Below are positions 33,107 to 40,000 of a stretch of DNA of 40,000 nucleotides, piece by piece. The DNA is from Methanoregula sp. (lineage in GTDB: Archaea; Halobacteriota; Methanomicrobia; Methanomicrobiales; Methanospirillaceae). Numbering within the stretch: position 1 is the first letter of the stretch; the number at the start of each line of letters is the position of its first letter. Made by a program: the position numbers and the translations under genes. Under the pieces are notes generated by a model, which saw only the letters and a program-made list of their open reading frames with translations, searched no databases and was not told the DNA's origin. The stretch is taken from assembly GCF_041645475.1 (NCBI RefSeq), contig NZ_JBAZQA010000002.1, forward strand, positions 227,320-267,319. Direction: 5' to 3'.

Positions 33107-34398
33107 ACAACCGGACCCGCAGCATCAATGCCGACAACCTCCACGCGGGGTACGGCACTGATGACATTGTCAAATCGGTCAGCTGCACCTTTGCACCGGG
33201 AACCTTTTCCGGTATCATCGGCCCGAACGGTTCGGGCAAGACCACGCTCCTCAAGGCGTTCAGCCGCGTGATCCCGTCAAGCGGCATCCTCGAACTGAAC
33301 GGAAAAGCGGTCAGCGACTATACCTCCCCGGAACTCGGCATGGCGCTCGGGTTTGTCCCGCAGGACGAGGGCCGGCCGTTCTCCTTTACGGTGATCCTGG
33401 TTGTCCTGATGGCCCGGTATGCCCGGACCAGCAGGCTTGCCTCCCTCACACCGGGCGATTATGCCCGCTGTCACCGGGCCCTCGAAGAGACCGGGATCGC
33501 TCATCTGGCCGACCGGTCGATCCGGGCCCTGAGCGGCGGCGAATGGCAGCGGGTGCTCATTGCCCGCGCCCTTGCCCAGGACACCCGGGTCCTCCTCCTT
33601 GACGAGCCGACTTCCCATCTCGACCTGTCCCACCAGGCCGGGATCCTCTCGCTCATGCGCAGCCTTGCGGCATCCGGTTCCACCATCATCGGGGTGTTCC
33701 ATGACCTCAACATGGCTGCGCTCTACTGCGACCGGCTTATCATGATCCGGAACGGGCAGGTCGTTGCCGATGATATCCCGGCACAGGTGCTGACCCCGGA
33801 AAAGATTCACGAGGTCTATGGTGCGGACGTTGTCACGTCCCTTCACCCGGCAACCGGCCGGACATTCCTGATGCCCCTCGATACCCCGTGCCAGAGAACT
33901 GCACCGGATACCAACCGGAATATCCTTGTGATCTCCGGCGGGGGGAGCGGCACCGGTCTCCTGTACTTCCTTTCCCGACGGGGATATATCGTCTCGGCCG
34001 GTATCCTTGCCACTACCGACACCGATTACATAACCGCAAAAGCGCTCGCGATTCCCTGCATTGAGGTCCAGCCCTTCTCGCAGATTACAGCCCCGTTGCT
34101 GGAAAAATTCCGGGCCCTGCTGGTCCGGGCTGACCGGATTATCGTGTCCGTCCATCCCGTGGGGACCGGCAACCTCCCGGTGATTCTTGCGCTATCTGAA
34201 GCATTCCCGGCCCGGATCATCCTCCATATCCCCGAAGGCCGTGATTTCGCTTCCTTTGATTATGCCAAAGGAGCAGCGGCAACAGCCTTCTCCGGCCTTT
34301 GTTCTGCCGGCGCACACTGCACTACCCATTTTGGAGGAATTCTCCATCTTCTGGAATCAACACCTGCAAAAAATGACATCTCTCGGAATGAACCATGA
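33103..34398 (+). CDS. ABC transporter ATP-binding protein (BtuD/FepC-like) with an extra ~170-aa C-terminal domain
   Basis: Walker A GPNGSGKTT, signature LSGGEWQR, Walker B LLLDEPTSHLD. From ~aa 265 there is an unrelated domain (NILVISGGGSGTGLLYFLSRRGYIVSAGIL…). Confidence 0.88.
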   Translation: MNNRTRSINADNLHAGYGTDDIVKSVSCTFAPGTFSGIIGPNGSGKTTLLKAFSRVIPSSGILELNGKAVSDYTSPELGMALGFVPQDEGRPFSFTVILVVLMARYARTSRLASLTPGDYARCHRALEETGIAHLADRSIRALSGGEWQRVLIARALAQDTRVLLLDEPTSHLDLSHQAGILSLMRSLAASGSTIIGVFHDLNMAALYCDRLIMIRNGQVVADDIPAQVLTPEKIHEVYGADVVTSLHPATGRTFLMPLDTPCQRTAPDTNRNILVISGGGSGTGLLYFLSRRGYIVSAGILATTDTDYITAKALAIPCIEVQPFSQITAPLLEKFRALLVRADRIIVSVHPVGTGNLPVILALSEAFPARIILHIPEGRDFASFDYAKGAAATAFSGLCSAGAHCTTHFGGILHLLESTPAKNDISRNEP

Positions 34399-35144
34399 AC
34401 ACATCACCCCTTTTTATCTCCACGTTCTGCTGTATCGACCATCCGCTCGACACCGCGCTTGAGACGCTTGCCTCCCGGACATCCCACGTTGAGATCCTCT
34501 CTGACGGACTGCATGATCTTCTCACGGACAGCTCCCCGTGCCGCGAATACCCGTTCGCGTACAGCGTCCATGCGCCATGCAGCGAAGTCAACATCGCCGC
34601 GGTCCATGAACGCATGCGGGAGGCTTCGATTGCGCTCCTCGATGAAGTTCTTGCCGCATCAGCCCGCATTGGCGCAGAACATCTCGTGGTCCACCCGGGC
34701 TTCTCTCCCTACGAACAGGTGACGGATCGCTCTATTGCATCCCTGCTGCGCTCGCTCGATGACCTTGTCCGGCTCCAGGAAGAGCACGGCGTCCGGGTCT
34801 GTATCGAGAACATGGGAACCTGGGAATGCTGCCATTTCCGGACCCCCGCATTCCTGCCGGAACTTGCTGTAAGGGACCTTGGATGCACTCTCGACATCGG
34901 CCACGCCCGGCTCAACGGGAATCTCGATGAATTCCTGGCAGCCGGGGGATTCTGCCATGTCCACCTCCATGACAATGGCGGGACCGTTGACGATCACATC
35001 GCATGCGGTGCCGGCACCATCGATTTCCCCGGACTCCTGAGCCGGCTCCCTCAGGGGGTAACCCTTGTTGTGGAGACACGGGAGCTTGCTGCTGCCGGAG
35101 AGAGCGTCCGGTACCTTTCATCGCTTCGGAACGGGGAATCGTAA
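34395..35144 (+). CDS. Xylose-isomerase-like TIM-barrel protein (sugar phosphate isomerase/epimerase, AP_endonuc_2 family)
   Basis: HLVVHPG, IENMG, LDIGHA and HVHLHDN occur in the canonical order. It is tightly packed between the ABC ATPase and the binding protein. Confidence 0.7.
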   Translation: MNTSPLFISTFCCIDHPLDTALETLASRTSHVEILSDGLHDLLTDSSPCREYPFAYSVHAPCSEVNIAAVHERMREASIALLDEVLAASARIGAEHLVVHPGFSPYEQVTDRSIASLLRSLDDLVRLQEEHGVRVCIENMGTWECCHFRTPAFLPELAVRDLGCTLDIGHARLNGNLDEFLAAGGFCHVHLHDNGGTVDDHIACGAGTIDFPGLLSRLPQGVTLVVETRELAAAGESVRYLSSLRNGES

Positions 35145-36182
35145 ATGAATCCGGAACACTTCCCAAAAACAAACCTCCTCATCCTGCTCATCTTTGCTAC
35201 AGCGCTGGCATTCTGCATCCTGCCGGTATCGGCAGTAACTGTCATTGATGACTCCGGCACGGTCATAGTCCTGAACGCGACTCCCCTTAGGATAGTCTCG
35301 CTCTCCCCGTCCAACACCGAGATCCTGGCAGCTCTCGGCCTTGCCGATCAGATTGCCGGGGTGACCGATGTCTGCGATTATCCTCCGGCTATGAAGAACA
35401 AGACCCGTATCGGGGGTTACTCAGCTATCAGCATCGAGAAGGTAGCCGCTGCCAGGCCGGATCTCGTGCTGGCTTCCGATCTCACGCCAAAGGAGACCGT
35501 GGGCCGGCTCCGGGATCTCGGCCTGACCGTAGCGGTCATTGCGCCCCGGAATACCGATCATATGATCCGCAATCTCCTCCTGGTCGGAACACTGACCGGC
35601 ACGGAACGCCGGGCCGGCGAACTGGCTGCAAGCCTGTCAGACCGCGTTGCCGCTGTCCGCCCCTGCCCCTCCGCAACCGGCCGTCCGACCGTTGCCCACG
35701 TAGTCTGGCACTCCCCGTTCTACGTGAGCGGCAATGATACACTCCAGAACGATGTCATCACCATGACCGGTGGGGAGAATGCCTTTGCTTCCATGAACAG
35801 GTGGGGAACGGTATCGCTCGAAGAGTTCCTGGCAAAGAACCCGGACATCATCCTTGTGAATGGTGGCGGCGGGATGGATGCATCACAAAAAGATGTAATC
35901 CTTGAAGCGTTCATGAACAACCCGCAGTACTCGTCACTCTCTGCGGTGAAGAACAAGCGCGTCTATGCCGTTGATGCCGACATCATCAGCCGGCCGGCCC
36001 CCCGTATTGTTGATGCAATCGAGACCGTGGCACAACTGATACACCCGGAGTGTTTCACGCAGGCCTCACCTTCCCCAGAGGCAACAGCGACTTCCCCGGT
36101 AAAATCGTCCGGGTTCTGTGCGGGAAGTGCGGTTCTGATAATCTCCCTGATAATTCTCCTGCACCGTGGAAGGAATGACTGA
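35145..36182 (+). CDS. ABC transporter substrate-binding protein (BtuF/FhuD-like) with a C-terminal membrane anchor
   Basis: N-terminal signal/TM segment, then RIVSLSPSNTEILAALGLADQIAGVTDVCDYPP, typical of the BtuF-like family. The C-terminus has a Ser/Thr/Pro linker, SGF, a hydrophobic helix and HRGRND. Confidence 0.8.
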   Translation: MNPEHFPKTNLLILLIFATALAFCILPVSAVTVIDDSGTVIVLNATPLRIVSLSPSNTEILAALGLADQIAGVTDVCDYPPAMKNKTRIGGYSAISIEKVAAARPDLVLASDLTPKETVGRLRDLGLTVAVIAPRNTDHMIRNLLLVGTLTGTERRAGELAASLSDRVAAVRPCPSATGRPTVAHVVWHSPFYVSGNDTLQNDVITMTGGENAFASMNRWGTVSLEEFLAKNPDIILVNGGGGMDASQKDVILEAFMNNPQYSSLSAVKNKRVYAVDADIISRPAPRIVDAIETVAQLIHPECFTQASPSPEATATSPVKSSGFCAGSAVLIISLIILLHRGRND

Positions 36183-36297
36183 TGGAACAAAGTATCAGAG
36201 GCTGGCATGGCAAAATCCGTCCCTGTTTGCCTGCGGAAACCGGCGTGCCGGGAGCATTTACCGGTATCGCCAGATGGTCCCGGCGTGGGGGGTTTGT

Positions 36298-37635
36298 ATG
36301 CCGGTAACCATCCCACGGATCGTTATTGCCGGAACGCACAGCGGCTGCGGCAAGACCACCGTCGCCAGCGGCCTGATGGCCGCACTCACTGAACGCGGGC
36401 ACCTTGTCCAGCCGTTCAAGACCGGGCCGGATTTCATTGATCCCTCCCACCACGCCGCAACCTGCGGCAGGGTCTCCCGCAATCTCGATCCTTTCATGAT
36501 GGGAGAGACCGGAATCCTGCGGACATTTGCCTCTGCATCCGGCGATGCGGATATTGCGGTTATCGAAGGGGCCATGGGCCTCTTTGACGGGATTGATGGC
36601 ACGGACTTTTCAAGCACAGCCCATGTTGCCCGAATCCTCCATGCGCCGGTCCTTCTGGTTGTGGATGCATACGCGGCGTCCCGCAGTGTCCACGCGGTGG
36701 TCCGGGGTTTCCAGACCTTTGATCCCCGCATACGGATTGCCGGCATTATTTACAACCGGCTGGGATCGTGCAAGCATCGTGAGATGATTGCAACAGAGGA
36801 ATTTGTTCCCGCACTCGGGTGGATTCCTCACCAGCGGGGATCGGAAGTGGGAAGCCGTCACCTTGGCCTCGTTATGGCGCACGAATCCGATGGGATGACC
36901 CGGTATGGCCGCATTGTCCGGGAGTCGTGCGATCTTGAGAGGATCCTGGATGTGGCACGGAATGCCCCGGTGCTGATCGTTCCTCCGTCAACGAAAACAC
37001 CCGTGGTTGAGAGAAAGGCGGTCATAGGTGTTGCCCGCGATGACGCGTTCTGTTTTTATTACCAGGATAATCTCGACCGGCTCGTCCGGGCCGGATCAGA
37101 GATCCGGTTCTTCTCACCCATGCAGGATACCCTGCCGGACGTGGACGCTCTCTACCTTGGCGGGGGTTACCCGGAACTGCATGCCGGAAAACTCGAAGGT
37201 TCCAGGTGCCGGCATGCCATTCACGACATGGCGGGCAATGGCATGCCGATTTATGGCGAGTGCGGCGGGCTCATGTACCTGTGCAGATCGGTTACCACCG
37301 ACCGGGATTACCAGATGGCCGGCGTATTGCCCGCCCGCGTCGAGATGACGAAAACGATCCAGGCACTTGGGTACGTGAAGGGGGCTTATTATGGGACATC
37401 AGGATTGTGGGCAGGGACGGTAGCTCTTCGTGGGCACGAGTTCCATTTCTCCAGGGCCGTATTCGATCCCGATGCACGGTTTGCAATCCAGCTCGTGCAG
37501 GGAAATGGGATCCATGAGGGAAAAGACGGGCTTCTCGAAAAGAATGTCATCGGGGCATACACTCATGCATATTTCAGTGATTCATTCTGCCGGCGTTTCG
37601 TTGCGGCTGCTGCGGAGTTCCGGGGGACCCGTTGA
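36298..37635 (+). CDS. cbiA: Cobyrinic acid a,c-diamide synthase family (CbiA/CobB); the methanogen paralogue CfbB cannot be excluded
   Basis: IVIAGTHSGCGKTTVASGLMAAL…QPFKTGPDFIDPSHH, with a C-terminal glutamine-amidotransferase part (YGECGGLMYL). The start at ATG 36298 is chosen because the upstream 44 codons are not protein-like. Confidence 0.85.
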   Translation: MPVTIPRIVIAGTHSGCGKTTVASGLMAALTERGHLVQPFKTGPDFIDPSHHAATCGRVSRNLDPFMMGETGILRTFASASGDADIAVIEGAMGLFDGIDGTDFSSTAHVARILHAPVLLVVDAYAASRSVHAVVRGFQTFDPRIRIAGIIYNRLGSCKHREMIATEEFVPALGWIPHQRGSEVGSRHLGLVMAHESDGMTRYGRIVRESCDLERILDVARNAPVLIVPPSTKTPVVERKAVIGVARDDAFCFYYQDNLDRLVRAGSEIRFFSPMQDTLPDVDALYLGGGYPELHAGKLEGSRCRHAIHDMAGNGMPIYGECGGLMYLCRSVTTDRDYQMAGVLPARVEMTKTIQALGYVKGAYYGTSGLWAGTVALRGHEFHFSRAVFDPDARFAIQLVQGNGIHEGKDGLLEKNVIGAYTHAYFSDSFCRRFVAAAAEFRGTR

Positions 37636-37729
37636 TGATGAAAGACGGGAGCAGAATGACTTTCGGATCCCCGCACCATGATTTGAGGACTCCTCTGGTT
37701 TTCTCACAGATTTTTGGGAGCCGGTTCAT

Positions 37730-38839
37730 ATGATTCTTTCAGGAAATGAAGAGATAGAGCACCGCGAATCCTCGCTTATTGTCCGCTTCCCCGAACCCCG
37801 GGACGTGCTCTCCACATCGTGGATGAACGGGGGATACCGAAAAAACCAAAAAGCGATCTTCAATCACCAGATTCCGCTTGAAGCCTGTGAAGCCTGCCAT
37901 GCCAATGGAGGCGTGAAAACGTATCTCGAAGGTGTCGCAGAGTCCCTGTTACTGGACCCGGCCAGCACAAGCGGTCTCCTCACCCGGGCAGAGATGAAGA
38001 ATGCAGCGATAATCTCGGAATCATTCCGGGATCTCACGGTTACTGCGATCGTGACCGCCGGTATTGACAAGAACGGCGGGAGGGCCGGTGATCCGGCATC
38101 ATATTACGAGAATGGGGATTCTTTTGAACCGGTTGGCGGGACCATCAACACGATCCTTCTCATCAGTGCCGACCTCCCGGAGTACGCCATGGTCCGGACC
38201 ATGATGACTGCCACCGAAGCAAAAACCGCAGCGCTCCAGCAGCTGATGGCCCGGAGCATCTACTCGACCGGTATTGCCACCGGGTCCGGGACGGATATGA
38301 TCGCGGTGGTTGCAAATCCCGGCTCATCACTCCACGTGTCCGATGCGGGGAAGCATTCGAAACTGGGGGAACTTATCGGGAAGACGGTGATAGCTGCCAC
38401 GCAGGCTGCACTGGAGATGGAAACCGGTCTCTCCCCCGGATCACAGCGGGATGTGCTGGTACGGCTGTCCCGGTTTGGCGTGACCGTGGAAGATATCTGG
38501 GATTCCGCCATGGTACGGTATGGGGAAATACTTCCGGAAAAGCTGTCAAAAGAAAAATTCGTTTATTGTTTTCGAGAAAAATCACGAGACGCAAACTTAG
38601 TATCGCTGGTATCTGCTGTCCTCCACATTGTTGATGAAGCGACCTGGAACCTGCTGCCGGAGGATCAAGCAAAAATCACTGCCTGCCGCGTGATCCGGCA
38701 ATTATATGATCCTGAACTGATGATTCATGGCAACAACAGATCAAAACCTGCACAGGAAGAGATCCTTTCGTGCCTTGTCAGGGCATTAGCCGATCTGGTT
38801 CTCCATGAGATCAATGACGGGATTTCCATTTCGGGTTGA
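37730..38839 (+). CDS. cbiZ: Adenosylcobinamide amidohydrolase CbiZ with a ~130-aa C-terminal extension
   Basis: VLSTSWMNGGYR…IFNHQ, VTAGIDKNGGRAGDP, GGTINTILLISADL, TATEAKTAALQQL and ATGSGTDMIAVV fit the CbiZ family pattern as I recall it. The context with BtuFCD-like genes is the known archaeal salvage arrangement. Confidence 0.75.
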   Translation: MILSGNEEIEHRESSLIVRFPEPRDVLSTSWMNGGYRKNQKAIFNHQIPLEACEACHANGGVKTYLEGVAESLLLDPASTSGLLTRAEMKNAAIISESFRDLTVTAIVTAGIDKNGGRAGDPASYYENGDSFEPVGGTINTILLISADLPEYAMVRTMMTATEAKTAALQQLMARSIYSTGIATGSGTDMIAVVANPGSSLHVSDAGKHSKLGELIGKTVIAATQAALEMETGLSPGSQRDVLVRLSRFGVTVEDIWDSAMVRYGEILPEKLSKEKFVYCFREKSRDANLVSLVSAVLHIVDEATWNLLPEDQAKITACRVIRQLYDPELMIHGNNRSKPAQEEILSCLVRALADLVLHEINDGISISG

Positions 38840-38929
38840 AGCCGGATAATGGCACTATCCGGGTCCGATTAAAATACGCCCTGTATGGGTCCTGATTCCC
38901 TGTTTCAGGTACCAACCTCTCCTGGAAAC

Positions 38930-39102
38930 GCCCGTAAAACGCCCGGTTTTGGTTCGCGTGGAAAATGGGCTTGAATTAGGGTCAGAGTGCCAAAATGCGG
39001 GTGGAAACGCCCGCTCCGGATGGCCGCAAACGGCCTTCCGGTTGAGGTTGTTTTCTCCCTGTATTTCACTCCATCCGGCCACCGGAAACCCTTAAGGAAT
39101 GC
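38930..39102 (+). repeat. Dispersed intergenic repeat B, copy 2
   Basis: See copy 1 (22094-22266). Same orientation. Confidence 0.7.
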
Positions 39103-39226
39103 GGGATAACGAGGTCATATATTATGAAGAAAATGAATAAACGGCTGGCAGGTGTGGTTTCAGGAATTCCCTATATATGATTGTCTTCTGTTCTCTCACA
39201 TAATGAATAACCCGGACCTGGGATAT

Positions 39227-39433
39227 GGTCCCCCAAATCTGTACCCTGTTTTTGTCCCTCCGTTTCCGCTGTAATATGGCTACATATGACCTCCCCTTTT
39301 CCGACGTAAAAACACGAAAAAAAGATGATTACTCTCCCTCTTTTTCGGGTAATATGACCTCATGGGTCCGGAAAATGGGCAAACGGAGCCCGCAGAGGGT
39401 CCGGATTAGTCCATCCCGAAACTGGGGTATTCC
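39227..39433 (+). repeat. Dispersed intergenic repeat A, copy 2
   Basis: See copy 1 (16949-17160). Same orientation. Confidence 0.7.
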
Positions 39434-39434
39434 C

Positions 39435-39544
39435 TCCCTTCAGCAAAATTCAAGACCCCTTTCCTACAGAGTACCTGTTTTAAGCCCCGGGTGCCGGGGC
39501 GAGGAGCCTGTACAAAAATGGCAGATTTCGTAACGAAGAGGGTA
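39435..39544 (+). repeat. Repeat C, copy 2 (contains perfect hairpin GCCCCGG-gtg-CCGGGGC and the start of ORF 39518)
   Basis: Aligns with 16664-16764. It directly follows repeat A here, whereas at the 16.6 kb locus it precedes it. Confidence 0.5.
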
Positions 39545-39727
39545 GTAACAAGCGGGATTTGTGAACCCGCACATCCGATTGTAAACGTATCGACGATCAA
39601 TCCGAATGTCCTGCCGGTCAATTCCGACAACCTGTCAGCCTGTGCTGCCGTTGCCTGTTTTATGAGTCGCACGACTGCACAATTCGCGTGTGGTTGTAAC
39701 GGTGAAATGACGGAGTCCAACTCATGA
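39518..39727 (+). CDS. Small cysteine-rich hypothetical protein
   Basis: MADFVTKRVVTSGICEPAH…ACAAVACFMSRTTAQFACGCNGE. ATGA overlap with the next ORF. A decayed, ATG-less copy of its 5' end exists at ~16.75 kb. Confidence 0.3.
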   Translation: MADFVTKRVVTSGICEPAHPIVNVSTINPNVLPVNSDNLSACAAVACFMSRTTAQFACGCNGEMTESNS

Positions 39728-40000
39728 CCCGGCTCACCCGTCTCTCCCCCGCTGAACGGGAAGCCCGTAATATCCTCGTGTCCGAAGGATACCGGGTATT
39801 GCCGGCACGGCGCTGTTTTGTCTCGCGCTATAAGCCGGTCAACCTGATTGGGATGAGGGGACCATATGAGATGATCTATCTCCGGCTGAAGTATATTGCA
39901 GGTATCCCGGATGATCCCGCTGCGCTTGCTGACTTCTGCCGGGAGGAGGGAGAGTCCCTCCGCACCCTCTTCCCGCTGGAGACCGGGTTCATCCGGCTTC
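39724..40000 (+). CDS. Partial hypothetical ORF running off the right edge (faint YraN/Hjc-like endonuclease-fold pattern)
   Basis: No stop before the window end. EREARNILVSEGYRVL…VNLIGMRGPYEMIYLRLKY loosely resembles the E..A..L...GY.IL…iDlia…VEVK layout, but without clear catalytic residues. Confidence 0.3.
   Translation, partial: MTRLTRLSPAEREARNILVSEGYRVLPARRCFVSRYKPVNLIGMRGPYEMIYLRLKYIAGIPDDPAALADFCREEGESLRTLFPLETGFIRL

Noticed and set aside
33277-34155. 292-aa minus-strand ORF
   Set aside because: It is antisense to the ABC ATPase (Walker A, signature and Walker B all present on the plus strand). It is a GC-rich frame artefact.
38842-38862. Hairpin CCGGATA-n7-TATCCGG after cbiZ as a terminator
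   Set aside because: It is not followed by an oligo-T tract, which is the main archaeal termination signal. It may simply be part of the adjacent repeat region.
16949-39433. The ~210-bp direct repeats A as att sites flanking a 22-kb integrated element
   Set aside because: The interior has backbone composition and housekeeping-type content (pilus and corrinoid salvage) and no integrase. The repeats belong to a wider mosaic family rather than a simple duplicated target.

Overview
This window looks archaeal, probably from a GC-rich methanogen-type euryarchaeon. That call is an inference from DUF1628-type class III signal-peptide pilins, a CbiZ/BtuFCD corrinoid-salvage cluster, AT-rich TATA-like promoters and an extra QueC. 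All calls rest on motif reading by eye, with no database search or computation. It splits into two compositional regimes. Positions 1 to ~13.13 kb form an AT-rich accessory island. It holds a HigB-like toxin with an HTH-ImmA/IrrE antitoxin, a ~1 kb IS with perfect 15-bp terminal inverted repeats and a frameshifted DDE transposase, and the most interesting content, a cluster at 3.3-12.6 kb. That cluster encodes two divergent TGT-fold (DpdA-like) proteins, one fused to a DUF6884-like domain. It also encodes a UvrD-type helicase, a Cas4/AddB-like Fe-S nuclease, an ExeA-like AAA ATPase, a wHTH protein, a small wHTH regulator and QueC. I read it as a candidate, apparently undescribed, 7-deazaguanine-based modification/defence system. 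The GC-rich remainder carries several units. The first is a PLD-SF2 helicase-DUF3427 protein. Next are two paralogous divergent modules, each a wHTH regulator plus an unknown protein, one of which has a 5 x 87-bp proline-rich tandem repeat. These modules flank a stretch of decayed genes: a frameshifted rhuM, a start-less PIN toxin, and a small ORF with an in-frame TAG. Further on are an archaeal type IV pilus locus (four pilin-like genes, a TadC/PilC-like platform, and an ATPase with an internally duplicated membrane anchor) and a corrinoid uptake/salvage cluster (BtuC/D/F-like, TIM-barrel protein, CbiA-family, CbiZ). Several families of dispersed, mosaic intergenic repeats also occur.
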